A stretch of DNA of 64,000 nt from Patescibacteria group bacterium (GTDB lineage Bacteria > Patescibacteriota > Microgenomatia > UBA8517). The stretch lies in assembly GCA_038206135.1 (NCBI GenBank), contig JBBRBD010000001.1, positions 1,919 through 65,918 of the forward strand, written 5' to 3'. Each line of letters starts with the position of its first letter. Within the stretch, counting starts at the first letter, position 1. Both the position numbers and the translations under genes were made by a program. Of the stretch, positions 36,924 to 46,820 are shown piece by piece. The notes under the pieces are model-generated. The model was given only the letters and a program-made list of their open reading frames with translations, was not told the DNA's origin and did not search any database.

Positions 36924-38579
36924 ATGAATTTTTTAAATAAACACAAAATAGCAATTATCTTGTTTTTGGTAGTTATTCTTGGAAGTATCTTGAGACTTTA
37001 TCAATTAGGGCAAACACCAGCATTGAACGCGGATGAGGCTGCGTTGGGATATAATGCATTTTCTCTCCTAAAAACAGGTAAAGATGAACATGGTAATTCT
37101 TGGCCTTTGTATTTCCAGTCATTCAATGATTATAAGCCGGGTCTTACAGTATATTTGATCCTACCTATGGTGTATTTCTTTGGATTAACTGAATGGAGTG
37201 TTCGGCTTTTACCCGCCATTATTGGAATACTTACAATTCCGTTGTTGTACTTTTTAGTGAAGGAAATCATAAAAGGGACGAAAGACAAAAATATTGAAAA
37301 ATATGTACCTTTAGTTGCAGCTTTTGTACTATCTGTCTCTCCTTGGCATATACATTTTAGTAGAGGAGCTTGGGAAGTAAATATTGCTACCTTCTTTATG
37401 TGTCTAGGTTCTTTGTTTTTTATGCGAATGAGGACAAATTCAAGAGCAATTGTTATTTCAGCCATCTTTTTTGTGTTATCACTCTACACATACCACGCTG
37501 CACGGATTACTTCACCACTTTTAGCAATTACACTCGCAGTTATCTACCGCAAAGATTTAATAGAGAATAAAAAGTACCTAATAGTCTCGATTGTTGTAGG
37601 CTTTGTTCTTTGTGTACCACTGCTACTTTCATTGAGAGGACCTGCAGGTCTTGCTCGTGCTGACGGTGTTGCTATTTGGTCTGATTCAGGCCCCGAAAAC
37701 AGAGTGAACGAACTTAGAGGGGACTACAGTAATTTAAATGGTATTGTTCCGAAAGTTTTACATAATAAACCCGTAGCGTATTCACTCGCTATTGCAAGTA
37801 ACTGGGCTAAACACTATTGGGGTGAGTTCTTGTTTCTTTCAGGTGACGATATTCAAAGGAACAAAGTCCCTGAAACAGGACAAATGCATTTAATTGAAAT
37901 AGTTTCTGTGTGCGTTGGTATGTTCGAAGTTATTAAACGTTCAAACAAAAAATGGATATTTGTATTAGTTTGGCTTGCAATTGCTCCAATTCCGGCAGCC
38001 ATCACATTTCAAGCTCCACATGCACTTCGTGCTGAAAGCATGGTAATTCCTTTAACTATCATTGCCGCATTTGGTCTTGTGAAGTTCATACAATATTTTA
38101 AGAAATATCGGATACTACAAGTATTCATTATTATATTAACCGGACTTTTATACACTGTAATTGTTGCTCGCTACGTACATATGTATTATGTACACATGGC
38201 AAAAGAATATCCATTTTCATCTCAATATGGTATTAAAGAATTAGTAAATTTTGTAGGGCCGATTCATCAGAATTACACAAACGTAATTATCACAGACAGA
38301 TATGATCAGCCATATATTCTGTTTTTGTTTTATATGAAATATGATCCTGCTACATTTCAACAAGAGCACACACTCACGCCACGAGATTTATACGGCTTTT
38401 CGACAGTACGATCATTCAGCAATTTTAGGTTTGAATCAATTCCGTTTGAAGTATTCAAAAACAAGTATCCAGGTAGTCTTATAATCGGCACAGATAAAGA
38501 AATTTTAAGTGGAGCAAACATTACTAAAGATATATATGGAATTAATGGTTACCGTTATTTTAGAGTTGTTTTAAATTAA
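36924..38579 (+). CDS. GT-C membrane glycosyltransferase, PMT/ArnT-like (tandem paralog 5 of 5)
   Basis: LNADEAALGYNAFSLLKTGKDEHGN, WHIHFSRGAWEVNI, multi-TM. Confidence 0.8.
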   Translation: MNFLNKHKIAIILFLVVILGSILRLYQLGQTPALNADEAALGYNAFSLLKTGKDEHGNSWPLYFQSFNDYKPGLTVYLILPMVYFFGLTEWSVRLLPAIIGILTIPLLYFLVKEIIKGTKDKNIEKYVPLVAAFVLSVSPWHIHFSRGAWEVNIATFFMCLGSLFFMRMRTNSRAIVISAIFFVLSLYTYHAARITSPLLAITLAVIYRKDLIENKKYLIVSIVVGFVLCVPLLLSLRGPAGLARADGVAIWSDSGPENRVNELRGDYSNLNGIVPKVLHNKPVAYSLAIASNWAKHYWGEFLFLSGDDIQRNKVPETGQMHLIEIVSVCVGMFEVIKRSNKKWIFVLVWLAIAPIPAAITFQAPHALRAESMVIPLTIIAAFGLVKFIQYFKKYRILQVFIIILTGLLYTVIVARYVHMYYVHMAKEYPFSSQYGIKELVNFVGPIHQNYTNVIITDRYDQPYILFLFYMKYDPATFQQEHTLTPRDLYGFSTVRSFSNFRFESIPFEVFKNKYPGSLIIGTDKEILSGANITKDIYGINGYRYFRVVLN

Positions 38580-38583
38580 TTTT

Positions 38584-39450
38584 ATGAAATTATCAATTGT
38601 GCTCGCTACGAGAAACGAAGAATCAAATATTTACAACTGTCTTTTTGCTATAAAAAGTATAGCCGACGAAATAATCATTTTTGACGAACACTCTACTGAT
38701 AAAACAATTGAAATTGCTAGAAAATTTGGCGCATCCGTTTTTGATACGAATCATAATGATAATTTTCATGTAACAAAACAGAAAGCAATAAATAAAGCAA
38801 AGGGTGAATGGATATTGCAACTCGACGCTGACGAGATTGTAACAAAACAGCTTTCTAATGAAATATCGGAAGTTATTAAAATGACTAACGAAGAAATACA
38901 TAATAGAGTTCCCAAAAACAAAAAGGATGCATTACTTTTTGAAAGGCATCTTGCACTTCTTAATAAGCGCGATGGTCAACCCAAAAATAATTTTGGAGAA
39001 GTTGTTGCATTTTTTATTCCTCGAGTAAACATGTTCTTAGGAAAACCACTTATACATGGAGGTGTTTATCCTGATGGTGTTATTCGTTTAATTAAAAATG
39101 GTCGGGCGCATTTACCAGCTAAGTCAGTCCATGAACAAATGCAAATAAATGGCGCCGTTGCATGGCTTTACAACCCTTTGGAACATTGGGATTCTCCTAC
39201 ATTAATGAGATATATTATGCGATTAAATCGTTATACAAGTCTGCAGTCCGTTGATATATCAAAAAAGGGTGTTTCTAAGTCACTTTTGAATTTAATACGG
39301 TATTCGTCATTTGAACCGGCAAAGGTTTTTATCGATCGATTTGTAGTTCATCGAGGATATCTCGATGGAATGTATGGGTTTATCTGGGCATTGTTCTCGG
39401 CTTGGCATTATCCAATCGCATATTATAAATTTTTTGTAAATACACCATGA
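38584..39450 (+). CDS. GT2 glycosyltransferase (W-W-P-D-Y paralog group, third member)
   Basis: LSIVLATRNEESNI, IIIFDEHSTDKT, LQLDADEIVT, GGVYPDG. Confidence 0.8.
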   Translation: MKLSIVLATRNEESNIYNCLFAIKSIADEIIIFDEHSTDKTIEIARKFGASVFDTNHNDNFHVTKQKAINKAKGEWILQLDADEIVTKQLSNEISEVIKMTNEEIHNRVPKNKKDALLFERHLALLNKRDGQPKNNFGEVVAFFIPRVNMFLGKPLIHGGVYPDGVIRLIKNGRAHLPAKSVHEQMQINGAVAWLYNPLEHWDSPTLMRYIMRLNRYTSLQSVDISKKGVSKSLLNLIRYSSFEPAKVFIDRFVVHRGYLDGMYGFIWALFSAWHYPIAYYKFFVNTP

Positions 39451-40502
39451 GAATTGCAATAGATGCAGGTCCACTTTCCGATGGGAACTCTGGTCGTGGA
39501 ATTGGAGTATACACAAAATTACTTTCAGAAGCGCTTATTACAATTGCTTCGAATCACAGAAGCAATATTGATTTAATTGATATTCATAATGCACAAGACC
39601 TTTCAATATATGATGTAGTTCACTATCCTTACTTTGATTTTTTTAAAAACACGCTTAAAGTTCCACAACGCACACCAGTTATAGTAACAATACACGACGC
39701 AATTCCACTTATTTATCCAAAACAATATCCTTTAGGTGTGAAAGGCACTATAAATTTATTTCGGCAAAAAAACACGCTTAAACGTGCAAAAATTGTTATC
39801 ACTGATTCTAATACTAGTAAAAAAGATATTGTTCGTTTTCTGAATATTAAAGAAAATATGATAGTACCTATTTATTTAGGAACGACGATTTTGGGTGTTC
39901 AACCTGCTATTGATGTAAAAAAATTGCTTATAAAACACGGAATAGAGTTTCCATATGTTCTGTACATAGGTGACGTAAATTGGAATAAAAATTTGGTATC
40001 ATTGGCAGAAGCGTGTGAAAGTGCAAAGCTCCACTTAGTAATTATTGGAAAGAAGGCTATATCAACAAATTTCGATAAAAACCATATAGAAAATATGCCT
40101 TTATTAGAACTACAATCCAAATATGGAAACAGCGAGTACATCCATCGAATAGGATTCATTCTTGATGAGGAACTTCCAGTTTTAATAAAAAAGGCAATAC
40201 TTTTGTGTCAACCATCATACTACGAAGGATTTGGACTAAGTGTGCTGGACGCTATGTCACTAGGTACACCTACTGTTTGTGCTCGGACACAAGCTTTAGT
40301 AGAAATATATGGTGATTCAACCGTTTATTTCGATCCATACAATATCTCTGAAATGTCCTCTGTCTTGAAATCAGTATTTACGAGTAAAAATTTGCAGTCA
40401 AAGTTATCAAAAAAAGGTGAAACATTATCTCAAAAATTTAGTTGGGAGAAAACAGCACAGAAAACTTTTGAAATATATCAAAAGGTATTAAACACAAAAT
40501 GA
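39447..40502 (+). CDS. GT4 glycosyltransferase (group 1)
   Basis: MRIAIDAGPL N-terminus and C-terminal EGFGLSVLDAMSLGTPTV. ATGA overlap with the upstream gene. Confidence 0.8.
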   Translation: MRIAIDAGPLSDGNSGRGIGVYTKLLSEALITIASNHRSNIDLIDIHNAQDLSIYDVVHYPYFDFFKNTLKVPQRTPVIVTIHDAIPLIYPKQYPLGVKGTINLFRQKNTLKRAKIVITDSNTSKKDIVRFLNIKENMIVPIYLGTTILGVQPAIDVKKLLIKHGIEFPYVLYIGDVNWNKNLVSLAEACESAKLHLVIIGKKAISTNFDKNHIENMPLLELQSKYGNSEYIHRIGFILDEELPVLIKKAILLCQPSYYEGFGLSVLDAMSLGTPTVCARTQALVEIYGDSTVYFDPYNISEMSSVLKSVFTSKNLQSKLSKKGETLSQKFSWEKTAQKTFEIYQKVLNTK

Positions 40503-41635
40503 ATAACCAAAGGAAATCTTTTATCTTTGGACTCTTACTTTGGCAAGTATTGATTCTTCTTTTTTTTTACCTAGGCTTACAATATCTACCCCTTCAACAG
40601 AATTCTCTAGGAGGGAGTAGTAATTTTCAAAGAGCTTCCCTAATGTGGGCGCATGCGAACTATGATGGTGAACATTATCTGACGATTGCGCAATTTGGCT
40701 ATAGCCCATTACATTACTTTTTCTTTCCACTATACCCAATAATGATTCGTTTTTTGGCACAATATTTACATTATTTCCAATTTCCACTTCCTATTGCTGG
40801 AATTTTAATTTCATTAACCGCCTTTTTTATAGGATTTGTAACTTTATATAAACTTCTACGATTGGATTATTCAAATAAAGTTACACAGTTCACATTACTA
40901 TTAATACTATTGTGTCCGACGAGCTTTTACTTCACAGGTGTGTATACCGAATCATTGTTTTTTTGCCTGTGTGTATCCTGCTTTTATTTTGCCAGAAAAC
41001 AAAATTTTATTGCTGCCGGGATTTTTGGATTTTTTGCTTCAGCAACACGTATTGTTGGGCTAGTATTGTTTATATCAATTTTTCTTGAATGGTGGCAATT
41101 ATATAAAAAGAAAGAAACAGGCTTGATGAATTTAATCCCTACTTTTGTAATCCCGTTTGGTCTTGTTTCATATATGTGGTATTTAAACTACACAACAGGA
41201 GATTTTTTAGCTTTTTTTCACAATTTAAATAATTTTGGAGGACAGCGTTCTGATCATTTTGTATTATTGCCTCAGGTCTTTTATAGATATATTTTTAAGA
41301 TTTTGCCAAACTTACCTCAATATCTCCCCGTTGTTTTGACAACAATACTCGAATTTTTTACAGGCAGTCTATTTCTTATCATCTCAATTCTTTCTTTTTT
41401 TAAACTTAGAAAAAGCTATGCTGTTTTTGTAAGTCTTGGATATTTAATTCCAACACTAACTGGCAGCTTTTCATCTCTACCGAGATATGTTCTGGTTTTA
41501 TTTCCAGCCTTTTTATTAATCGCACTTTATTTCGAGAAATGGAAAAGGAAATATCAATATTTTGTACTCGGATTGTCAACAATTCTTTTAGCTGTTTTTA
41601 CCATGATGTTTGTTGTAGGATATTGGGTATCATAG
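40499..41635 (+). CDS. polytopic membrane protein, PIG-V/Gpi18-like mannosyltransferase-like
   Basis: ANYDGEHYLTIAQFGY loop motif shared with the minus-strand 4734..5888 product. About 9 TM. ATGA overlap with the upstream gene. Confidence 0.55.
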   Translation: MNNQRKSFIFGLLLWQVLILLFFYLGLQYLPLQQNSLGGSSNFQRASLMWAHANYDGEHYLTIAQFGYSPLHYFFFPLYPIMIRFLAQYLHYFQFPLPIAGILISLTAFFIGFVTLYKLLRLDYSNKVTQFTLLLILLCPTSFYFTGVYTESLFFCLCVSCFYFARKQNFIAAGIFGFFASATRIVGLVLFISIFLEWWQLYKKKETGLMNLIPTFVIPFGLVSYMWYLNYTTGDFLAFFHNLNNFGGQRSDHFVLLPQVFYRYIFKILPNLPQYLPVVLTTILEFFTGSLFLIISILSFFKLRKSYAVFVSLGYLIPTLTGSFSSLPRYVLVLFPAFLLIALYFEKWKRKYQYFVLGLSTILLAVFTMMFVVGYWVS

Positions 41636-41638
41636 AGT

Positions 41639-42910
41639 ATGCAAAAGCTTTTAACTCAGATCAAAAAGGCTACTTACACAGCAACTTTACGACAATCAAG
41701 CGTTACTTTAATAGGTACCTTCCTGAATGGAATTATAGGTGTTGCCTTTTACATTGTAGTTGCTCGTTCACTTGGGCCATATGACTTTGGTATATTTTCA
41801 TTTGTAACTGTTACTATTGCCTTGCTCTCATCAATTGCAAACGCAGGTACTGACACTGGCATTACAAAATTCGTTTCTAAGTATTTTTTATCAGACAAAC
41901 TTAAGGCATTACGGTTTCTTAAAGAGGGTTTGTTACTGAAATTTATTGGTTGGGGAATCGTTATTTTAATCGGATTTCTATTTAGTAATCAGATCGCACA
42001 TCTTATATTGAAAAAGAATGAACTTCTTTATCCATTTAAAATAGCTGTTATTGGTGTGGGAGGTAGTATGTTGTTTTCGTTCGGGTGCGCGGCTTTACAG
42101 TCGTTACAAAAGTTTTGGCAATGGAGCTTTGTAAATGTCTTTGGAAATTCGCTGCGACTTCTCTTATTCATATTTCTACTGTTTTTTGGAATCAAAACTG
42201 CTGAGTCTTCAATTCTACTATTTATAATTATCCCATTTGTCGCGTTTTTTGTGTCGCTTTTATTTTTACCTAAGTTTTTAAACATAGCTGTAAGAAAATC
42301 GGATTTTAATGAATTGTTTCACTTCAACAAATGGGTAGCTGTTACTACGGTGATAGTAGCGTTATCAAGTAGACTTGACAGTTTATTTAGTGCGAGATAT
42401 TTAAACTTAACTGAGGTAGGGTATTACGCGGTGGCAGTTAGTTTGTCAGGATTCATATCACAAATAGTTCTTGCTTTGGGTACTGTCGCTGCACCTAAAT
42501 TTGCTTCAATGGATAATAAAAAAGCAGCCAAGGAATATTTCTTCAAATTTGAGGCTTTTGTACTTATATTATCTATTATTGGTGCGCCTATCGGTATTTT
42601 TATAGCACATTTCTTCGTACCGTTACTCTATGGTGAAGTATTTACTGCTTCAATTGCACCTCTTTCGATCTTGATCATTGCCTATGCAGTATTTCTTATG
42701 ACAATGCCAATAAATGATGCTTTACTTTATTATTTCTCAAACTCAAAATTCTTTGTATGGCTTTCGATTGCAGGACTTTTGATCGCTGTGCTGTCTGGTG
42801 TGTTTCTCATCCCGCAATATGGAATGATTGGTGCAGCATACTCTGTACTTATAGGAAACATATTTGATCTAGTCGTTCCTGCAGTTTATTTGTATTTTCT
42901 TTTTAAATGA
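41639..42910 (+). CDS. Wzx-type flippase / polysaccharide biosynthesis protein (MOP superfamily)
   Basis: N-terminal VARSLGPYDFGIFSF pattern typical of Wzx. About 12 TM. Confidence 0.7.
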   Translation: MQKLLTQIKKATYTATLRQSSVTLIGTFLNGIIGVAFYIVVARSLGPYDFGIFSFVTVTIALLSSIANAGTDTGITKFVSKYFLSDKLKALRFLKEGLLLKFIGWGIVILIGFLFSNQIAHLILKKNELLYPFKIAVIGVGGSMLFSFGCAALQSLQKFWQWSFVNVFGNSLRLLLFIFLLFFGIKTAESSILLFIIIPFVAFFVSLLFLPKFLNIAVRKSDFNELFHFNKWVAVTTVIVALSSRLDSLFSARYLNLTEVGYYAVAVSLSGFISQIVLALGTVAAPKFASMDNKKAAKEYFFKFEAFVLILSIIGAPIGIFIAHFFVPLLYGEVFTASIAPLSILIIAYAVFLMTMPINDALLYYFSNSKFFVWLSIAGLLIAVLSGVFLIPQYGMIGAAYSVLIGNIFDLVVPAVYLYFLFK

Positions 42911-44181
42911 AAAAAATAAAAGCGCTCGTTTCAAAGAATCCACTTCTCTCAGGAAGTTTCATAATGCTTATAGGGAGTAATATTGCAAATATATTTGCTT
43001 ATATTTACCATCCTATTTTTGGCAGAATATTGGGTAAGGATTCATATGGAGAACTTGCAGCATTTTTATCACTACTTGGGTTTCTCGCCTCATTTTATTC
43101 ATTCTTAGGACTACTAATCACTAAATATGCATCTAAACATAAAACAAAATCTGAATCGCTAAATCATTTTTTTGCTTTTTTAGATTACTTTAATAAACCT
43201 GTAGTTGTAATTTCTTTAATAATTTTAATTACGACTCCAATATTTGCGTCACTTTTAAAGATTTCATTATTGAATTATGCACTGATTAGCCCTGTGTTTT
43301 ATATTTCTTTTGTAATATTTTTCTATAAATCATACCTACAGGGACGACTTTCTTTCACTCGTATTAGCATTTATACAGTATATGAAGTTATGGGCAGACT
43401 ACTGTTTGGTGTCCTACTTTTTTACATGGGTTTTGGTGTAACAGGTGCAGTATTAGGCTTGCTAATTACTATATTAATAGAATTATCTATTCTTAGACGA
43501 GATATAAGACGACCCAAAGCGGAGCTTAAACCCCTTAATACTTCAAGTTTTGTAAGAGATGGCTTACCAGTGCTTATAACTACTTTCGCTACAACGGCCT
43601 TTTTTTCAATGGATGTACTCTTAGTTCGCAGATTTTTTGGAAATAGTGAAGCAGGTAGTTTTGCAGCAGCTTCTGTTCTTGGTAAAATAATACTTTTTGC
43701 AACTGCTCCAATAACGGCAGTACTTTTTCCACTTATTTCTAAAAAACATGCAGGTGGTGAAACGGGTTCATCAGTTTTTCTCACAAGTTTTGTAATTACG
43801 TTACTGCTCGGAGGCTGTTTTACATTATTATTTTATTTTTTTCCGAGCATCGTGGTACTCCCATTTGGAAGTCAATTTAGTACTTCGATTCCATTACTAT
43901 TTCCTTATAGTACTTTTATTTATCTTCTCGTTTTATCGCTAGTAATTGTAAATTACTACTTACCTCGTGAAAAATATTTTACAATAAAATGCCTTGGTGC
44001 CGCGGCATTTTTACAAAGTGTTGGAATAATAATGTTTCATCAAAGTTTGATTTCCATTATATATGTCTCAATAGCCGTCACTTTCACCCTTTTATTAGTT
44101 TTATTGATATACTTTGTGCATGAAGACGAACAAATTCGAAAAATCCTCAGTAACGCTTTCGGTAGTAATCCCCGCATATAA
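42907..44181 (+). CDS. Wzx-like MOP-superfamily membrane protein (second flippase paralog)
   Basis: FGRILGKDSYGELAAF and about 12 TM. ATGA overlap with the upstream flippase gene. Confidence 0.65.
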   Translation: MKKIKALVSKNPLLSGSFIMLIGSNIANIFAYIYHPIFGRILGKDSYGELAAFLSLLGFLASFYSFLGLLITKYASKHKTKSESLNHFFAFLDYFNKPVVVISLIILITTPIFASLLKISLLNYALISPVFYISFVIFFYKSYLQGRLSFTRISIYTVYEVMGRLLFGVLLFYMGFGVTGAVLGLLITILIELSILRRDIRRPKAELKPLNTSSFVRDGLPVLITTFATTAFFSMDVLLVRRFFGNSEAGSFAAASVLGKIILFATAPITAVLFPLISKKHAGGETGSSVFLTSFVITLLLGGCFTLLFYFFPSIVVLPFGSQFSTSIPLLFPYSTFIYLLVLSLVIVNYYLPREKYFTIKCLGAAAFLQSVGIIMFHQSLISIIYVSIAVTFTLLLVLLIYFVHEDEQIRKILSNAFGSNPRI

Positions 44182-44944
44182 ATCAGAAAGGTTTATTGAA
44201 AAGAGCCTTACAAAGGTTTATTCAGTATTAAATGAAGGAAGATATGCTTTTGAACTTATTTGTGTTGTCGATGGAAAAGTTGATGGTACATATAAAAAGG
44301 CTAGGAAAATAGCTCGATCACTTCCTAATCTACGAGTGTTAGGATATAAAAGTAATAAAGGTAAAGGATATGCTGTGAGATACGGAATGTCTCGCGCAAA
44401 CGGAAAAATCGTAGGTTTTATCGATGCTGGTGTGGAATTGAATATTAATGGTATGGCGATGGTGTTAGAGCATTTTGAATGGTATAAGGCAGACATTATA
44501 GTTGGAAGTAAACGACATCCTGCTTCAAAAGTTATTTACCCTTGGCAACGCACAATAATGTCTGTTTGCTACCAGATTTTAGTCAAAATTCTGTTTGGTC
44601 TTAATTTGAGAGACACACAAGTTGGAATGAAGTTTTTCCGTAAAGAAGTACTAGAAAAGACTCTTCCACGACTTCTAGTTAAAAAATTTGCATTCGATAT
44701 CGAAATGCTAGCTGTTGCCAACTATCTGGGTTTCACGCGCATTTACGAAGCACCAGTGGCACTAAAAATGAAATTTAATGGAGAGTCTACTATTGTAAGT
44801 AAAAAGTTTTTTAATGTAGTTTTCTATATGGTTTGGGATACTATCGCTGTTTTTTATCGTCTTCGTATCCTACATTATTACGATTACAAAAATAGAAAAG
44901 CCTGGGAATCTAATGATATACAAGTACTAGCAAAAACAGAATGA
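44120..44944 (+). CDS. GT2 polyprenol-phosphate sugar synthase-like glycosyltransferase
   Basis: LSVVIPAYKSERFI, LICVVDGKVDGT, KGKGYAVRYGM, FIDAGVEL. Whichever of ATG 44114 or 44120 is used, the gene overlaps the upstream gene by about 60-70 nt. Confidence 0.75.
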   Translation: MKTNKFEKSSVTLSVVIPAYKSERFIEKSLTKVYSVLNEGRYAFELICVVDGKVDGTYKKARKIARSLPNLRVLGYKSNKGKGYAVRYGMSRANGKIVGFIDAGVELNINGMAMVLEHFEWYKADIIVGSKRHPASKVIYPWQRTIMSVCYQILVKILFGLNLRDTQVGMKFFRKEVLEKTLPRLLVKKFAFDIEMLAVANYLGFTRIYEAPVALKMKFNGESTIVSKKFFNVVFYMVWDTIAVFYRLRILHYYDYKNRKAWESNDIQVLAKTE

Positions 44945-46059
44945 ATATTTTAATTTTGAGTTGGAGAGGACCCGGTCATCCACATGAAGGAGGTGCCGAG
45001 TTGGTAACACAGGAATATGCTCGAGCATGGATTAAAGCTGGACACCATGTCACATTATTTACTTCAATGTATGTGGGAGGCCAAAAAAATGAAAAAATAG
45101 ATGGAGTGAATGTTATAAGAAAAGGTGGATATGCCTTTGGCGTTAAAATACATGCATTTTTATGGTACATTACCCAGGCTAAAAATTTTGATTTGATTGT
45201 AGATCATTTTCACGGTATTCCCTTCTTTACACCGCTGTATGTGCGTGTTCACAAAATAGGCTTTATTCATGAAACAGCTCAAGAAGTTTGGAGCCTTAAC
45301 ACATGGCGATTCCCTTTAAACCTGATTCCTACTGTAATTGGAAGAATTGGTGAACCTTTTGTTTTTTTACTTTATAAGGGAATACCATTCATTACCGTAT
45401 CTAAGTCGACTAAAAATAATTTAATTAATTTTGGATTACGGAAAAATAATATTACTGTCATAAATAATGGTGTAAGAATCTTGAAATCCACAGAATCAAA
45501 AAATAAAAATCTGACAATTATGTTTTTGGGTGCTATTGCAAAAGATAAAGGAGTTGAGGATGCAATAGAATGTTTTAAAAAAGTATTTTCTCTGAATAAA
45601 AATTCTGAACTGTATATTGTTGGTAAGGGTAGCCCAACATATCTAACTTTACTAAAAGATAAAATTATAAAATTAGGACTTTCAAAGAAAATTACATTAT
45701 TTGGATTTGTAAGTGATCAAAAAAAATTCGATTTATTAAAGCGCTCACATATTTTTGTAAACCCTTCTGTTCATGAAGGTTGGGGACTCGTAAATATTGA
45801 AGCAAATAGTCAAGGATTGCCAGTTATCGGTTATGATGTGTCAGGCACAAGAGATTCTGTTGTGAGTGGTAAAACAGGTATCCTTGTTAAAACACATGAT
45901 ATTGACGGGTTTGCGAAAGCGATTTTGTTATTGGCCCAAGACTCAAAATTATATGAAAAATACTCAACAGAGGCTATCTTACACTCGAGAGAGTATACTT
46001 GGAAAGCTGCAGCTCAAAGAAGTTTGATAGTGATTAACAAAATATGTCAAAAAAAATAG
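44941..46059 (+). CDS. GT4 glycosyltransferase (group 1)
   Basis: HEGGAELV and C-terminal EGWGLVNIEANSQGLPVIGYDVSGTRD. ATGA overlap with the upstream gene. Confidence 0.8.
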   Translation: MNILILSWRGPGHPHEGGAELVTQEYARAWIKAGHHVTLFTSMYVGGQKNEKIDGVNVIRKGGYAFGVKIHAFLWYITQAKNFDLIVDHFHGIPFFTPLYVRVHKIGFIHETAQEVWSLNTWRFPLNLIPTVIGRIGEPFVFLLYKGIPFITVSKSTKNNLINFGLRKNNITVINNGVRILKSTESKNKNLTIMFLGAIAKDKGVEDAIECFKKVFSLNKNSELYIVGKGSPTYLTLLKDKIIKLGLSKKITLFGFVSDQKKFDLLKRSHIFVNPSVHEGWGLVNIEANSQGLPVIGYDVSGTRDSVVSGKTGILVKTHDIDGFAKAILLLAQDSKLYEKYSTEAILHSREYTWKAAAQRSLIVINKICQKK

Positions 46060-46820
46060 CATTAATTTCTGGCTCAAACTCTCGTCTTGGACGGTATATT
46101 GTTGCCTATTTTCTTCAGAAAAAATATATTGTTTACGCAGGACTTCATTCTAAACAAAAAACGTCATTGTTTATGAACAAAAATGCGATTGAAATATCAC
46201 TTGATGTTACGAATGACAAAAGTATTAAATATGTTATAGCGAGTATTAAAAAAAAGCACAAAACCCTTGATGTATTAGTAAATAATGCTGCGTTGAGTCT
46301 ATCAGGTGATTTTAAAGATATGGATGTTGATCAATTTGAGAAAATAATCTCTGTAAATCAAATTGGTCCGTTTAGTTTAATAAAAGAAGCAATCCCGATT
46401 ATGAAAACAAAGTCAAATATTATTAATATTGCCTCTTTAAATTCTATCTTGCCACTCCCTAGATATCCGTTATATGTCTCAACAAAATTTGCGCTGCTAG
46501 GCTTTTCCCGGGCATTATATTATGAAATGTACAATAAGATTTTTGTTACAGCAATCGCACCAGGAGCAATTGAGTTTCCTGACCAAACAATTACAAGTAC
46601 AAGTCGTGGAGCTAGAGATAAAATGCACTTTTTGAAATTACTATTTCCATTTACAAAACCTAATGAAGTAATTTCTACAATTAATAAGGTACTGGAATCC
46701 CAAAACCCTCCTTCTCAAGTTTTTGTTGGATCTGATACGACAATTGTTTCATTTCTTTTAAAGGTACTACCTCAGAGATTAGTAGATAAGGCGATTCTAT
46801 ACGTATGGCACACAAAGTAG
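46044..46820 (+). CDS. SDR-family oxidoreductase (short-chain dehydrogenase/reductase)
   Basis: Gly-rich ALISGSNSRLG, NNAALS, and catalytic YVSTK (Y-x3-K). Confidence 0.8.
   Translation: MSKKIALISGSNSRLGRYIVAYFLQKKYIVYAGLHSKQKTSLFMNKNAIEISLDVTNDKSIKYVIASIKKKHKTLDVLVNNAALSLSGDFKDMDVDQFEKIISVNQIGPFSLIKEAIPIMKTKSNIINIASLNSILPLPRYPLYVSTKFALLGFSRALYYEMYNKIFVTAIAPGAIEFPDQTITSTSRGARDKMHFLKLLFPFTKPNEVISTINKVLESQNPPSQVFVGSDTTIVSFLLKVLPQRLVDKAILYVWHTK

Noticed and set aside
27263-38579. Treating the five PMT-like paralogs as a repeat or mobile element
   Set aside because: Similarity is at protein-motif level only. The nucleotide sequences are diverged and no flanking inverted repeats or transposase were found.
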